Source of the DNA: Alphaproteobacteria bacterium
GTDB taxonomy: Bacteria; Pseudomonadota; Alphaproteobacteria; Bin95
Reading direction: 5' to 3'
Length of the DNA stretch: 64,000 nucleotides
NCBI GenBank assembly: GCA_964291285.2
Contig: OZ219787.1
Span: 1,696,001 to 1,760,000 of the forward strand
The translations under genes were made by a program, and so were the position numbers. Every line of letters begins with the position of its first letter. The stretch's first letter is position 1. The notes beneath the pieces were generated by a model. That model did no database searches, was not told the DNA's origin, and worked only from the letters and a program-made list of their open reading frames with translations. Of this stretch, positions 32,978-44,443 are shown in pieces.

Positions 32978-33446
32978 CCTGCAGGGCGATGGCGTCCTGG
33001 AGCCAGGCGCGCGCATAGGCGGCGAAGGAGCGCCCGACATAGAGCCGCCAGACGCCGCCTTCGCGCGGCTCCAGCAGCGCATGGGTGCGCGCCAGGCCGG
33101 TCTGGGCGCAGGCGCCGGGCCGGAGCGCCTCCAGGTCGAGCCGGCAGCCGGAAGCGAGCACATCCGTCGCGCCGGGGCCGGACAGCTCCAGGACCGCGCG
33201 CGCCTCGCTCACATCGACGACGGCGCAGTGCTGTCCGGCAAGGGCGTCTTCCAGCGGGCCGGCAATGTCCGCATCCGACACGACCAGCCACTCGTCGGGG
33301 CCGAGCCAGAGCGCCCCGCCTGCCGCCGTGTTGGGCACCTCCGGCAGGGCGAAGCCGAGCGCGCCAGCAGCTGCGGCATGGAACCCGGCGCCGCCGCCCC
33401 GCAATACCGTCAGGCGGAGGCCGCCGATCTCGCGGAGCTCAGCCAT
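32958..33446 (-). CDS. soxG: sarcosine oxidase gamma subunit
   Basis: LWLGPDEWL, VVDVS, RSFAAY; last gene of soxBDAG. Confidence 0.88.
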   Translation of the reverse strand: MAELREIGGLRLTVLRGGGAGFHAAAAGALGFALPEVPNTAAGGALWLGPDEWLVVSDADIAGPLEDALAGQHCAVVDVSEARAVLELSGPGATDVLASGCRLDLEALRPGACAQTGLARTHALLEPREGGVWRLYVGRSFAAYARAWLQDAIALQAMSAPP

Positions 33447-36360
33447 CGAGCCGCGCCCCCTCCGGGTCGTAGAAGACCGGATCGACGATCCGCACGCGGC
33501 TCTCGCCCGTCGTGGCCGAGGCCCAGACCCGGTCGCCGTGGCGCGCACGCCCGCCCTTGACGAGCGCCAGCGCGAAGCCGCGGCCCATCGCCGCGCTCCA
33601 GTAGCTGGAGGTCACATGGCCCAGCATCGGCACGGGCGGGGTCCCGCGCGGCGCCTCGACGATCTGCGCCCCCTCCTGGAGCACCTCGGAGGGGTCCTCC
33701 GGCAGCAGCCCGACCAGCTGCTTGCGGTCCGGCCTCCGGCTGTCCGGGCGGGCGAGGGAACGGCGGCCGATGAAGTCCTTGCGGGAGGAGACCATGCGCT
33801 CCATGCCGAGATCGAGCGGCGTCACCGTGCCGTCGGTCTCGTGGCCGACGACGATGAAGCCCTTCTCGGCGCGCAGGACATGCATCGCCTCGGTGCCGTA
33901 GGGCACGGCGCTGGCCCCGATCAGGCGCTCCCAGACCGGCAGGCACCGGCGCCAGGGCAGGTTCACTTCATAGGAGAGCTCCCCGGTGAAGGCGATGCGG
34001 AAGATGCGGCCCGCCACGCCGCCGATCCGGCCTTCGCGCATCGACAGGAACGGGAAGGCCGCAGGGTCCAGGTCGATATCCTCGACAAGCGGCTCCAGCA
34101 ACGCCCGCGCCCGGGGCCCGGACACGGTGATGGTGCCCCACTGCTCGGTCACCGAGGTGCAATAGACCTGCAGTTCCGGCCACTCGGTCTGGAGCCATTC
34201 CTCCAGCCATTCCAGAACGGCGGCGGCGTTGCCGCTGGTGGTGGTCATCAGGTAGCGGTGCTCGCCGGTTCGGGTCGTGACCCCGTCGTCGAACACCATG
34301 CCGTCCTCGCCGAGCATCAGCCCGTAGCGGCAGCGTCCGACGGCCAGCGTCTTCCAGCCATTGGTGTAGATGCGGTTCAGGAACTCGGCCGCGTCGGGGC
34401 CGCGAATGTCGATCTTGCCGAGCGTGGAGGCGTCGAGGATGCCGGCGGCCTCGCGCACGGCGCGGCATTCGCGCGTGACCGCCTCGCGCATGGTCTCGCC
34501 GCCGCTTGGGTAGTAGCGCGCCCGCAGCCATTGGCCGACCGGCTCGAAGACCGCCCCGCTGGCTTCCTGCCAGTCCTGCATCGGCGTGCGGCGCACCGGG
34601 TCGGCGAGCGCGGCGATATTGCGCCCCGCCAGCGCGCCGAAGGGCACCGGCGTGTAGGGCGGGCGGAAGGTGGTGTGGCCGACTTCCGCCGGCGGCACGC
34701 CCAGCCCGGCCGCCATCAGCGTGAGCCCGTTGATGTTGGAGGTCTTGCCCTGGTCGGTCGCCATGCCGAGCGTCGTCCAGCGCTTGAGGTGCTCGACCGA
34801 ATGCATGCCCTCGCGCCTGGCGAGCGCAACATCGGAGGCGGTCACGTCGTTCTGGAAATCGACGAATGCCTTGCCTCGTCCGGCGGGCGGGACGGTCTGC
34901 GAGAGCGCCGGACGCTGCGGGCGTCCGGGCAAAGCCGGCGGCTCGGGCGCATCGAAACCAAGCTCGCGGGCAAAGGCGGCGCCCGCGTCCGCTCCCCCGG
35001 CGATGCAGCCTTCGAGATCGAACCGGCCGGCCGCTGCGCCGACGGAGCGTTCCGGTTGCGCCGACCGGCCGGGAACGAATGTCTGCAACGGGTCGTCCCA
35101 GCGCAGAGTGCCGCGCGACTGGCTGAAAAGATGCACCGCCGGGTTCCAGCCGCCGCCCATGGCAACCAGGTCGCAGACGATACGCCGCGTGCGCCCCTCC
35201 GCCTCAATCTCGATGCCGGTTACGGCGCGGCGCCCGAGGGTCCGCAAGGGAACCGCGCCGCGCAGCACGGGCAGGCCGTCGGCGTCCGCCGTGCTGTCCG
35301 CGCGCAGATCGACAAGCGCCGCGACCTCGCCGCCATGCCGGGCGAACTCGCGCGCGGCGGCATAGACGGAGTCGTCATTGGCGAGGAAGACGGCGCAGCG
35401 GCCCGGCAATACGCCGTAGCGGTGGATATAGGCGGTGACGGAGCGCGCCAGCATGACGCCCGGACGGTCATTGCCGGGAAAGACCAGCGGGCGCTCATGC
35501 GCGCCGGTCGCCAGCACCACCTGGCGGGCGCGGACATGCCATATGCGCTGGCGCGGCCGGCCGGCCCGTTCCGACGGCGCAAGGCCTTCGGTCAGCCGCT
35601 CGGCCAGCGCCACGAAATTATGGTCGTAATAGCCGAAGGCCGTGGTGCGGGACAGCAGCAGCGCCGATGTGCCGGCCAGCATCCGCCCGGCCCATGCCGC
35701 GCCGTCCTCGCCCCCGACGCGCTCGGGACCGTCCAGCAGCGCGCCGCCGAAATCCGGGCGCTCGTCCGCCAGCATGACGCGCGCGCCGGCCGCCGCGGCC
35801 GCATGGGCAGCCGCGATGCCCGCCGGGCCGCCACCGACCACGAGGATGTCGCAATGGGCGTGCCGATGCTCGTAAACCTCGGGGTCCGGCTCGCGCGGTG
35901 CGCGCGCCAGGCCCGCCATGCGGCGGATTACGGGCGCGTAGATGCGGTTCCACCAGGAAGGCGGCCACATGAAGGTCTTGTAGTAGAAGCCGGCCACGAA
36001 CAGCCCGGACATGAGCCCCGTGGCCGCGCCCAGGTCGAACCGCAGCGACGGCCAGCGGTTGACGCTCTCGGCGGCGAGCCCGTCATAAAGCTCGATTTCG
36101 GTGGCGCGCAGGTTGGGCTCCGCGAACGGACCCGGCTCCAGCAGGACGAGCGCATTCGGCTCCTCCGCGCCGGCGGTCATCACCCCGCGCGGCCGGTGGT
36201 ATTTGAAGCTGCGGCCGAACAGCCGCACGCCATTGGCCAGCAGGGCAGACGCCAGCGTGTCGCCGGGATGGCCGGTGTAGCGCCTGCCGTCGAAACGGAA
36301 TGCGAGGCTACGCGACCGGTCGATCCGGCCGCCGGACGGCAGGCGGCGCGGCCCTGTCAC
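33439..36360 (-). CDS. soxA: sarcosine oxidase alpha subunit
   Basis: GDTLASALLANG, RSFKYHRPRG, FVDFQNDVT, GMATDQGKTSN, GcvT-like C-terminus. Confidence 0.95.
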   Translation of the reverse strand: MTGPRRLPSGGRIDRSRSLAFRFDGRRYTGHPGDTLASALLANGVRLFGRSFKYHRPRGVMTAGAEEPNALVLLEPGPFAEPNLRATEIELYDGLAAESVNRWPSLRFDLGAATGLMSGLFVAGFYYKTFMWPPSWWNRIYAPVIRRMAGLARAPREPDPEVYEHRHAHCDILVVGGGPAGIAAAHAAAAAGARVMLADERPDFGGALLDGPERVGGEDGAAWAGRMLAGTSALLLSRTTAFGYYDHNFVALAERLTEGLAPSERAGRPRQRIWHVRARQVVLATGAHERPLVFPGNDRPGVMLARSVTAYIHRYGVLPGRCAVFLANDDSVYAAAREFARHGGEVAALVDLRADSTADADGLPVLRGAVPLRTLGRRAVTGIEIEAEGRTRRIVCDLVAMGGGWNPAVHLFSQSRGTLRWDDPLQTFVPGRSAQPERSVGAAAGRFDLEGCIAGGADAGAAFARELGFDAPEPPALPGRPQRPALSQTVPPAGRGKAFVDFQNDVTASDVALARREGMHSVEHLKRWTTLGMATDQGKTSNINGLTLMAAGLGVPPAEVGHTTFRPPYTPVPFGALAGRNIAALADPVRRTPMQDWQEASGAVFEPVGQWLRARYYPSGGETMREAVTRECRAVREAAGILDASTLGKIDIRGPDAAEFLNRIYTNGWKTLAVGRCRYGLMLGEDGMVFDDGVTTRTGEHRYLMTTTSGNAAAVLEWLEEWLQTEWPELQVYCTSVTEQWGTITVSGPRARALLEPLVEDIDLDPAAFPFLSMREGRIGGVAGRIFRIAFTGELSYEVNLPWRRCLPVWERLIGASAVPYGTEAMHVLRAEKGFIVVGHETDGTVTPLDLGMERMVSSRKDFIGRRSLARPDSRRPDRKQLVGLLPEDPSEVLQEGAQIVEAPRGTPPVPMLGHVTSSYWSAAMGRGFALALVKGGRARHGDRVWASATTGESRVRIVDPVFYDPEGARLDG

Positions 36361-36647
36361 GCCGCCGTCTCCGGGAGGTCGGGCCGGGGCGCGCCCATGG
36401 GATAGACGGCGACCACCTCATGGCTCGCCGTGTGACGGAGCACGTTGAACCACCGCCGGCAGCCCTGGGCGTGCATCCAGCGCTCGGCGTGGACACCCTT
36501 GGGATTGGCGCGCATGAACAGGTAGTCGGCCCAGGCCTCGTCGGAGAGCGCGTCCGGGTTCTCGGGCCGTGCGATATGCGCCTCGCCTCCGTAGTGGAAC
36601 TCGGTCTCGTCGCGCGGGCCGCACCAGGGGCATTCGATGCGCATCAT
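36357..36647 (-). CDS. soxD: sarcosine oxidase delta subunit
   Basis: IECPWCGPRDETEF, HAQGCRRWFN. Confidence 0.93.
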   Translation of the reverse strand: MMRIECPWCGPRDETEFHYGGEAHIARPENPDALSDEAWADYLFMRANPKGVHAERWMHAQGCRRWFNVLRHTASHEVVAVYPMGAPRPDLPETAA

Positions 36648-36661
36648 GGCCGGCCCCTCCC

Positions 36662-37912
36662 CTAATGCGCGACGGCGGCGGCGCCGTGCTCGTCGATCAG
36701 CGCACCGGAGGTGAAGCGGTCGAGAGCGAAGGGCGCGTTCAGCTTATGCGGTTCGTCGCGGGCAATGGTGTGCGCGAAGGTCCACCCGGAGCTCGGCGTC
36801 GCCTTGAAGCCGCCCGTGCCCCAGCCGCAATTGATGTAGAGGCCCTCGACCGGCGTTTTCGAGACGATGGGCGAGGCGTCCGGGCAGACATCGACGATGC
36901 CGCCCCAGCTTCTCAGCAGCCGCGCGCGGCTGAAGGCGGGGAAGAGCTGCATGAGGGCCGCGAGCTGGTCCTCCAGCACGTGCAGCCCGCCGCGCTGTCC
37001 GTAGCTGTTGAAGGAGTCGATGCCGGCGCCGAGCACAAGCTCGCCCTTGTCGGACTGGCTGATATAGACATGCACGGCGTTCGACATGACGACGCAATCG
37101 AGCACCGGCTTCAGCGGCTCGGAGACCATCGCCTGCAACGGGTGGCTCTCGACCGGCAGGCGCAGGCCGGCCATTTCCGCCAGCACCGAGGAATGGCCGG
37201 CGGCCACCAGCGCGACCTTCCTGGCGCCGATGAAGCCCCGGCTCGTCTCGACGCCGGTAACGCGCCCGCGCACCTGCCTGATGCCGGTAACCTCGCAATG
37301 CTGGACGATATCGACGCCGCGCGCGTCGGCCCCGCGCGCATAGCCCCACGCCACGGCATCGTGCCGGGCGACGCCGCCGCGCCGCTGCAGGGTCGCCCCG
37401 AGCACCGGGTAGCGCACGTCGGGCGAGATGGAGATCGGCGGGCAGAAGGCCTTGACGCCCTCCGCGTCCAGCCACTCGGCGTCCACGCCGTTCAGCCGGT
37501 TGGCGTTCACCCGGCGGATGGATTCCCGGACGTCGTGCTCGGTATGCGCCAGGTTCAGCACGCCGCGCTGGCGCAGCATCACATTGAAGTTGAGTTCGCG
37601 GGAGAGCCCCTCCCAGAGCTTCAGCCCGTGCTCGTAGATCGCCGCGCTCTCGTCCCAGAGATAGTTGGAGCGGATGATGGTCGTGTTGCGCGCGATGTTG
37701 CCGCCCGCAAGCCAGCCCTTCTCCACCACCGCGACATCGGTAACGCCGTGCTCCTTCGCCAGATAGTATGCCGTCGCCAGCCCGTGGCCGCCGCCGCCCA
37801 CAATCACGACCTCATAGGCCGGCCGCGGCTCCGGCGAGCGCCAGAGCTCCGGCCAGTCCCGGTGTCCGGTCAGCGCATTGCGCGCCAGAGAAAAGATCGA
37901 GTAACGCGCCAT
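36662..37912 (-). CDS. soxB: sarcosine oxidase beta subunit
   Basis: [36 protein letters not shown]. Confidence 0.95.
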   Translation of the reverse strand: MARYSIFSLARNALTGHRDWPELWRSPEPRPAYEVVIVGGGGHGLATAYYLAKEHGVTDVAVVEKGWLAGGNIARNTTIIRSNYLWDESAAIYEHGLKLWEGLSRELNFNVMLRQRGVLNLAHTEHDVRESIRRVNANRLNGVDAEWLDAEGVKAFCPPISISPDVRYPVLGATLQRRGGVARHDAVAWGYARGADARGVDIVQHCEVTGIRQVRGRVTGVETSRGFIGARKVALVAAGHSSVLAEMAGLRLPVESHPLQAMVSEPLKPVLDCVVMSNAVHVYISQSDKGELVLGAGIDSFNSYGQRGGLHVLEDQLAALMQLFPAFSRARLLRSWGGIVDVCPDASPIVSKTPVEGLYINCGWGTGGFKATPSSGWTFAHTIARDEPHKLNAPFALDRFTSGALIDEHGAAAVAH

Positions 37913-38019
37913 CAGGAGACGCCCCCCGGAGCGAACGGGCTCCACATAACCCCGGCGGCTCCCGGCCTTCAACCTATTGCGCGTCCGGAACCCGTGGAAT
38001 TGCGACAGGTGGTGCTCGC

Positions 38020-38049
38020 TTGACAGTCCGTCTCGGCGCCTCCTGTAAT
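38020..38049 (+). promoter_or_regulatory. possible sigma70 promoter of the ABC operon
   Basis: TTGACA-18 nt-TGTAAT about 50 nt upstream of the binding-protein start. Confidence 0.4.
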
Positions 38050-38098
38050 GGTCTTGGCGTTCAGGGAACGCCCGACAATGAAGAGAGGGAGGAGTCCG

Positions 38099-39733
38099 AT
38101 GCTTCGTCGAAGCCGTTTACTTGGAGGCGTGGCTGCCTCGGTGCTTGCCGCGTTTTCCGTCGCGCACGCAGCGGACCATCAGGAGGGCACCCTGGTCGTC
38201 GCGCTCGAAACGCTGGGCGGCCAGACCATGGATCCGATCCTGGAAGGCCGCGCGCCCCACGCCCACTACCAGGCGCCAATCTACGATGCGCTGATCGGGT
38301 TCAACTACGAGCAAGGCGGCCTCGGCCCCGGCGTGACCGAGAAGTGGGAGCTGGCCGAAGACGGGCTGAGCTGGACCTTCCATCTCCAGAAGGGCCTGAA
38401 ATGGCACAATGGCGACCCGCTGACCGCGCATGACGTGAAGTTCAGCCTCGAGCGCACGATGTCGGAAGAGTCGATCGCGTCCCGCGCCTCGGCCCTGCGC
38501 CGCAATGTGAAAAGCATCGAGGTCGTCGATGATCACACCGTGCGCGTCTTCACCAACGGCGTCCAGGTCCACTTCCCGGCGGGTCTCAGCCGGGCCGTGT
38601 TCCAGGAAGGGCAGCTGATGCCCAAGAACTACATCGAGTCCATGGGCGTCGAGAAATTCCGCAGCGATCCCGTCGGCAGCGGTCCCTGGAAGTTCGTCGA
38701 GAGCGTGCCGGGCGACTATGTCGAGTTCGAGGCGGTCGAGGGGCCGCACTGGCGCGGCACGCCGAACTTCAAGCGTCTGCGCATCCTGCTGGTGCCGGAA
38801 GAGAGCACCCGCGTCGCCATGGTGCGCACGGGCGAGGCGGCGATCGCCTCCATCAGCCCGGAATCGATCCGCGAGGTCGAGGCAGCGAACCTCAAGCTCA
38901 TCAGCGTCCCGGCGACCATGCAGGCGATCTACCAGTTCTGGGGAATGTACAAGGACTCCCAGAAGGACTCTCCGCTGGCCGACGTGCGTGTGCGCGAGGC
39001 GCTCTCGCTCGCCATCGACCGCCAGCAGATCATCGACCATGTAATGTACGGGCAGGCGCGCTGGCCGATGCCGTTTGCGACTTTCCCCTACGCGGTCGAT
39101 ACGGATATCGAGAAGTGGCAGAGTTGGGGACGCGAGGCGCTGCGCTACGACCCCGAACGCGCGAAGGAGCTGCTTGCCGAGGCGGGCTATCCCGACGGGT
39201 TCGACATGAAGTTCGCCAACACCGCCCTGCCCGGCACGCCCTACATGACGCAGATCGGCATCGCCGTGGCCGACTTCTGGCAGAAGATCGGCGTGAATGT
39301 GGACATCAAGCACTATGAATGGGGCGCCTTCCGGCTGCTCTACCGCGGCGAGCAGAAGACGCTGACCGGCGCGGCCTCGATGTTCCGCACCGCCGGGCGC
39401 CCGGTCGCAGTCGCCCGGTATTCGGGCGGGTTCACGAGCAAGGGCGGCCACCACCTCTTCGGCGAGGAGGGCAACTGCAACGACTTCTGCCAGGCTTACG
39501 ACAAGCTGCACCAGGAGGTCGTGACCGCGCGGGATGCGGACGAGCGCGCCCGGAAGACCGACGAGATGCTCACCATGGTGGCGGACTCCTGGATTGCGGT
39601 GCCGATCATCGAGGGCATGGGCTACTGGGCCGTCAACCCGGACGAGGTCGGCAAGTTCGCGCCGATCCCCGGCCGCCACGAGTTCGGCGACGTGTTCGAG
39701 CGTATGCCGAGGCCCGAGCAGCAGCCCTGGTAA
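38099..39733 (+). CDS. ABC transporter substrate-binding protein (family 5, oligopeptide/nickel type)
   Basis: Signal peptide, [53 protein letters not shown]. Confidence 0.92.
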   Translation: MLRRSRLLGGVAASVLAAFSVAHAADHQEGTLVVALETLGGQTMDPILEGRAPHAHYQAPIYDALIGFNYEQGGLGPGVTEKWELAEDGLSWTFHLQKGLKWHNGDPLTAHDVKFSLERTMSEESIASRASALRRNVKSIEVVDDHTVRVFTNGVQVHFPAGLSRAVFQEGQLMPKNYIESMGVEKFRSDPVGSGPWKFVESVPGDYVEFEAVEGPHWRGTPNFKRLRILLVPEESTRVAMVRTGEAAIASISPESIREVEAANLKLISVPATMQAIYQFWGMYKDSQKDSPLADVRVREALSLAIDRQQIIDHVMYGQARWPMPFATFPYAVDTDIEKWQSWGREALRYDPERAKELLAEAGYPDGFDMKFANTALPGTPYMTQIGIAVADFWQKIGVNVDIKHYEWGAFRLLYRGEQKTLTGAASMFRTAGRPVAVARYSGGFTSKGGHHLFGEEGNCNDFCQAYDKLHQEVVTARDADERARKTDEMLTMVADSWIAVPIIEGMGYWAVNPDEVGKFAPIPGRHEFGDVFERMPRPEQQPW

Positions 39734-39753
39734 CGCAGAGGTTCGAACGATGA

Positions 39754-39788
39754 CCGGTTCCCGGCTCCGGCCGGGAACCGGCATTTTC
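39754..39788 (+). terminator. intercistronic hairpin after the binding-protein gene
   Basis: ccggttcccggc-tccg-gccgggaaccgg followed by cattttc. Confidence 0.55.
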
Positions 39789-39822
39789 GTGCCGGGCCGG
39801 ATACGCCGAGCGGGGTAGCCCC

Positions 39823-40740
39823 ATGCAGCGTTACATCCTGCAGCGCCTCGTCCAGGGCGTGATCCTGCTCGTGGTGGTGACGTCCATCGTCTTCTTCATC
39901 GGGCGCATGACCGGCAACCCGGTCGACATGATGCTGCCGGAGGACGCGACCGAAGAAGACCGGCAGGACATGATCAAGCGCCTCAAGCTCGAGGGGACGA
40001 TCATGGACCAGTTCGGCGTCTTCATCGTCGATGCTGTCCAGGGCGACCTCGGGACCTCGATCCGCTACCGGCAACCGGCGACCGACATCTTCTTCTCGCG
40101 CCTGCCGAACACGCTGGCGATGATCCCGCCGGCAATGATCCTGGCTATCGCGATGGCGATACCGCTGGGCATCCTTTCGGCTCTGCGCCGGGGCGGCATA
40201 ATCGACCGAATATCCGCCACCATTGCGGTGCTGGGCATATCCACGCCCAATTTCTGGCTCGGCATCGTGCTGATCTACCTGTTCAGCGTGACCTGGGGAT
40301 GGCTGCCGTCCAGCCGGATGGGCGGGCCGCTCAACTACATCATGCCGACGATCACGCTCGGGACTTTCCTGGTCGCCGGGTTCATGCGGCTGATCCGCTC
40401 CAGCATGCTGGAAACGCTGGACAGCGAGTTCGTCAAGCTCGCCCGGATCAAGGGCGTGAGCGAAACCGCGATCGTATGGAAGCACTGTCTGCGCAATGCG
40501 CTTATCCCCGTGCTGAGCCTCTGGGGCGTGTTCATGGGCGGACTGGTGACCGGCGCGATCGTCACCGAAACCGTGTTCGCCTGGCCCGGTATCGGACGCC
40601 TGACCTACGAGGCGGTGATCTTCCGGGACTATCCGCTGCTCCAGGCGGTCATCATCATGGATGCGATCTTCATCCTGTTCATCAACCTCCTGGTCGACAT
40701 TCTCTACGCCTATGTCGATCCCCGAATCCGGTTCGAGTAG
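39823..40740 (+). CDS. ABC permease (DppB-like)
   Basis: GDLGTSIRY, ARIKG..RNALIP, ETVFAWPGIG. Confidence 0.92.
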   Translation: MQRYILQRLVQGVILLVVVTSIVFFIGRMTGNPVDMMLPEDATEEDRQDMIKRLKLEGTIMDQFGVFIVDAVQGDLGTSIRYRQPATDIFFSRLPNTLAMIPPAMILAIAMAIPLGILSALRRGGIIDRISATIAVLGISTPNFWLGIVLIYLFSVTWGWLPSSRMGGPLNYIMPTITLGTFLVAGFMRLIRSSMLETLDSEFVKLARIKGVSETAIVWKHCLRNALIPVLSLWGVFMGGLVTGAIVTETVFAWPGIGRLTYEAVIFRDYPLLQAVIIMDAIFILFINLLVDILYAYVDPRIRFE

Positions 40741-40749
40741 GGCCACGCG

Positions 40750-41574
40750 ATGCGGCGGCTCCCCCTCGCGTCCTTCGCGATCATCGGCACGATGGTCTTC
40801 GTGGCCGTGTTCGCGCCCTGGCTCACACCGCATTCGCCCATAGACCAGTCGCTGCCGAACAAGCTGCTGCCGCCCTTCTGGGAGGAGGGCGGCACGACCG
40901 AATACCTGCTCGGCACCGACATTTTCGGCCGCGACCTGCTGACCCGGCTCTTTTACGGCGCGCGGGTCAGCCTGATCGTGACGGCGCTGGCGTTGAGCGT
41001 GGGCGGCGGCGTCGGCCTCGTGCTCGGCATCGTCTCCGGCTATGTCGGCGGCAAGCTGGACGCCTTCCTGATGCGCGTCGTGGACGCGGCGTTCGCCTTT
41101 CCGACGATCCTGTTCGCGCTGCTGCTGGCCGTGACTATGGGCCAGGGCATGGACACGCTGGTGATTGCGCTCAGCCTCTTTCTGTGGGCCGGCTTCGCGC
41201 GCGTCATCCGCGGCGAGGTGCTGGCGATCAAGCAACGCGACTTCGTGGCGCTGGCGCGGGTCCACGGCAGTTCGCCCGCGCGGATCATGTTCGTCCACAT
41301 CCTGCCCAATGTGCTCAACACCTTCATGGTGCTGCTGACCCTCAATGTCGGGGTCATCATCGTGGCGGAGGCGTCGCTCAGCTTCCTCGGCGCGGGCGTG
41401 CCGCCGCCGACGCCCTCCTGGGGCCTGATGGTGGCCGAGGGCCGGGGCAAGATCACCAGCGCCTGGTGGCTGTCGCTCATTCCCGGCATCGCCATCACAC
41501 TCGTCGTGCTCTCCTTCAACCTCTTCGGCGACTGGCTGCGCGACCGGCTCGACCCGAAGCTGCGTCAACTCTAG
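40750..41574 (+). CDS. ABC permease (DppC-like)
   Basis: LGTDIFGRD, HILPN, EASLSFLG. Confidence 0.92.
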   Translation: MRRLPLASFAIIGTMVFVAVFAPWLTPHSPIDQSLPNKLLPPFWEEGGTTEYLLGTDIFGRDLLTRLFYGARVSLIVTALALSVGGGVGLVLGIVSGYVGGKLDAFLMRVVDAAFAFPTILFALLLAVTMGQGMDTLVIALSLFLWAGFARVIRGEVLAIKQRDFVALARVHGSSPARIMFVHILPNVLNTFMVLLTLNVGVIIVAEASLSFLGAGVPPPTPSWGLMVAEGRGKITSAWWLSLIPGIAITLVVLSFNLFGDWLRDRLDPKLRQL

Positions 41575-41592
41575 CGGGAGTCCGAGGACAGT

Positions 41593-42564
41593 ATGGACAG
41601 CGCCCCGGTTCTCGAAGTCCGGAACCTGCACACGCACTTCTTCCTGAGGCGCGGCGTGGTCAAGGCAGTGGACGGCGTCACCTTCTCGCTGAAACGGGGC
41701 GAGGTGCTGGGCCTCGTCGGCGAGTCCGGCTGCGGCAAGAGCCTGACCGCGCTCTCGATCCTGCGCCTGTTGCCGCAGGAGGCCGCGCGAATCATCGAAG
41801 GGCAGGTGCTTCTGGACGGCGAGGACCTGCTCGCCAAGTCCGCCGGCGAGATGCGCGAGGTGCGCGGACAGCGCATCGCCATGATCCTCCAGGACCCGCA
41901 GACCTCGCTCAATCCGGTGTTCAGCATCGGCAACCAGCTGCACGAGGCGCTCGCCCGGCGGCCGGACGAAGGGGGCCGGTCGCTCAGGGAGCGGGCCGTG
42001 GATGTGCTGCGCCAGGTGCGGCTGGCGGCGCCCGAACAACGCATCGGCCAGTATCCGCACGAACTGAGCGGCGGCATGAAGCAGCGGGTCGTCGGCGCCA
42101 TCGCGATCAGCTGCGCGCCCGAGGTGATGATCGCCGACGAGCCGACGACGGCGCTCGACGTCACCATCCAGCTTCAATATCTGGACCTGCTGAAGGAGCT
42201 TCAGACCTCGCTGGACATGGGCATCCTGTTCATCACCCACGATTTCGGCGTCGTCGCCCATATGTGCGATCGTGTGGCGGTCATGTATGCGGGGCGGATC
42301 GTGGAAACGGGCCCGGTGCGCGAGATATTCGACAACCCGGTCCATCCCTATACCCAGGCGCTGATCGCCTCCGTGCCGAAGCTGCGGCGCAAAGCCGGGC
42401 GGCTGCGCGCCATCGACGGACAGCCGCCCGCCCTCTCCGACCTGCCTGTCGGCTGCCGGTTCGCGGACCGTTGCCCCCATGCCGAGGCGCGCTGCCGCGA
42501 ACGGTATCCCGAGGCCGTGAACGTCGGCGAAAGCCATACCGCTAGCTGCTGGCTCGCCGCATGA
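41593..42564 (+). CDS. ABC ATPase (DppD-like)
   Basis: GESGCGKS, LSGGMKQR, DEPTTALD. Confidence 0.93.
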   Translation: MDSAPVLEVRNLHTHFFLRRGVVKAVDGVTFSLKRGEVLGLVGESGCGKSLTALSILRLLPQEAARIIEGQVLLDGEDLLAKSAGEMREVRGQRIAMILQDPQTSLNPVFSIGNQLHEALARRPDEGGRSLRERAVDVLRQVRLAAPEQRIGQYPHELSGGMKQRVVGAIAISCAPEVMIADEPTTALDVTIQLQYLDLLKELQTSLDMGILFITHDFGVVAHMCDRVAVMYAGRIVETGPVREIFDNPVHPYTQALIASVPKLRRKAGRLRAIDGQPPALSDLPVGCRFADRCPHAEARCRERYPEAVNVGESHTASCWLAA

Positions 42565-43535
42565 GCAAAGACCCGATCCTCGAGGTGAACGGCCTCGCCA
42601 AGCACTATCCGGTAGCCAAGGGAATCTTGTTCTCGCGCGAAGTCGGGCGGGTCCGCGCCGTCGACGGCATCGACTTTTCCATCGCCGAGGGCGAGACGCT
42701 CGGCCTTGTCGGCGAGTCCGGCTGCGGCAAGACGACGACCTCCAGGCTGGTGCTCGGCCTGGAGCCTCCGACCGCTGGTGAAGTGCTGCTCGAAGGCGTG
42801 TCCGCGCAGGACCTGACCGGCCGGGACCGGCAGGACTACCACGCCAAGGTGCAGGCCGTGTTCCAGGACCCGTGGTCGTCGCTCAACCCGCGGATGCATG
42901 TCGGCGAGATCGTCGGGGAATCCCTCAAGATCGCGAAGTGGGGCACGCGCGCCGAGATCGATGAGCGCGTGGCGGCGCTGCTGGTCGAGGTGGGGCTGCG
43001 CCCGGAGCACGCGCGCCAGTATCCGCACGAGTTCAGCGGCGGCCAGCGCCAGCGCATCGCGCTTGCAAGCGCGCTCGCCATCGGCCCGAAATTGATCGTT
43101 CTGGACGAGCCGGTCTCGGCGCTCGACGTGTCGATCCGTGCCCAGATGATGAACCTGCTGAAGGATGTCCAGGAACAGGACAATGTGGCCTACCTGCTGG
43201 TCGCCCACGACCTTGCCACGGTGCGCCACATGTCCGAATGGACCGCCGTCATGTATCTCGGCGAGATCGTCGAATATGCGCCGACGGAGCTGCTGTTCGA
43301 GAATGTGCGCCACCCCTATACGCGGGCGCTGTTCTCCGCCGTGCTGCCGGACCATCCGGACGGGCGCGAAGAGGAAATCGTGCTCACCGGCGAGGTGCCG
43401 TCCCCGCTCGACCCGCCGGGCGGCTGCCGGTTCCACACGCGCTGTCCGTTTGCGATGGACATATGCTCGCAGGTGGCGCCGGTGCTGACGGAATCGGAGT
43501 CGGGCCATCTGGCGGCCTGTCATCTCGAGGAGTAA
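42561..43535 (+). CDS. ABC ATPase (DppF-like)
   Basis: [24 protein letters not shown]. Confidence 0.93.
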   Translation: MSKDPILEVNGLAKHYPVAKGILFSREVGRVRAVDGIDFSIAEGETLGLVGESGCGKTTTSRLVLGLEPPTAGEVLLEGVSAQDLTGRDRQDYHAKVQAVFQDPWSSLNPRMHVGEIVGESLKIAKWGTRAEIDERVAALLVEVGLRPEHARQYPHEFSGGQRQRIALASALAIGPKLIVLDEPVSALDVSIRAQMMNLLKDVQEQDNVAYLLVAHDLATVRHMSEWTAVMYLGEIVEYAPTELLFENVRHPYTRALFSAVLPDHPDGREEEIVLTGEVPSPLDPPGGCRFHTRCPFAMDICSQVAPVLTESESGHLAACHLEE

Positions 43536-43584
43536 ACAGGGGCGGTTCCATTCCCGCCGCTCCACAGCATTGCGAGGCTAAGTC

Positions 43585-44397
43585 ATGGCGTTCGTCGAAA
43601 CGGAAATCCACGGCCAGACCATGGTCGTCCGGCTCAACCGGCCGGAGCGCCTCAACGCGCTCAGCACGGTGATCCGCCAGGGCATGGCGGAGGCGTTCTC
43701 GGAGTTCCGCGACAATGACGGTCTTGAAGTCGCGATCCTGACCGGCACCGGCCGGGGGTTCTGCGCCGGGGAGGACATGAAGGAATCCGTCGAGCGCGGC
43801 GGCGTGGGGTCGCCCGACGACGACCTCGACGACCCCTTCGCTGACGGGACGCTGCAGAAGCCCGTCATCGCCGCCGTCAACGGCTTCGCGATGGGCGGCG
43901 GCTTCATGCTGGTCGAGCGCACCGATCTCCGCGTCGCTGTCAAGGGCGCGCTCTTCGAGATATCGGAAGCGAAACGCTGGCTGCTTGGCGGCTACAATCA
44001 CGGCTTCATCGCCAACCTTCCCTATCCGGTCGCGATGGAGATGGCGTTCGGCTTCCGCTTCACGGCCGAGCGCTTCCACGAACTCGGATTCGTCAACCGG
44101 CTGGTCGAACCGGACGAACTGATGCCGACGGCGATGGAGATGGCCGATCATCTGCTGAGCCTGCCGCCGGCCTCGCGCGTCAACACGCTCTACATGATGC
44201 GCCAGATGCGCCCGACGGTGTCGCCGGCGCACGAGCGTCTGGCCGCCGCGCTGCACGAGCACGGTTGCCTTGAAGACCGGATGGAATCCCGCCGCGCCTT
44301 CGCGGAAAAGCGCAAGCCCGAGTTCAAGGGCTGGAACGACCCGGCCGACCGCTACCGGATGCCGACGCTGGAATCCGTCATGGCGGGCGGTGACTGA
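43585..44397 (+). CDS. enoyl-CoA hydratase/isomerase (crotonase) family protein
   Basis: LNRPERLNAL, FCAGED, KPVIAAVNGFAMGGG. Confidence 0.9.
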   Translation: MAFVETEIHGQTMVVRLNRPERLNALSTVIRQGMAEAFSEFRDNDGLEVAILTGTGRGFCAGEDMKESVERGGVGSPDDDLDDPFADGTLQKPVIAAVNGFAMGGGFMLVERTDLRVAVKGALFEISEAKRWLLGGYNHGFIANLPYPVAMEMAFGFRFTAERFHELGFVNRLVEPDELMPTAMEMADHLLSLPPASRVNTLYMMRQMRPTVSPAHERLAAALHEHGCLEDRMESRRAFAEKRKPEFKGWNDPADRYRMPTLESVMAGGD

Positions 44398-44443
44398 GAT
44401 CTCCTGCCAACGCAGAACGAGTCCAACGCAAGGAGCTGCTTCC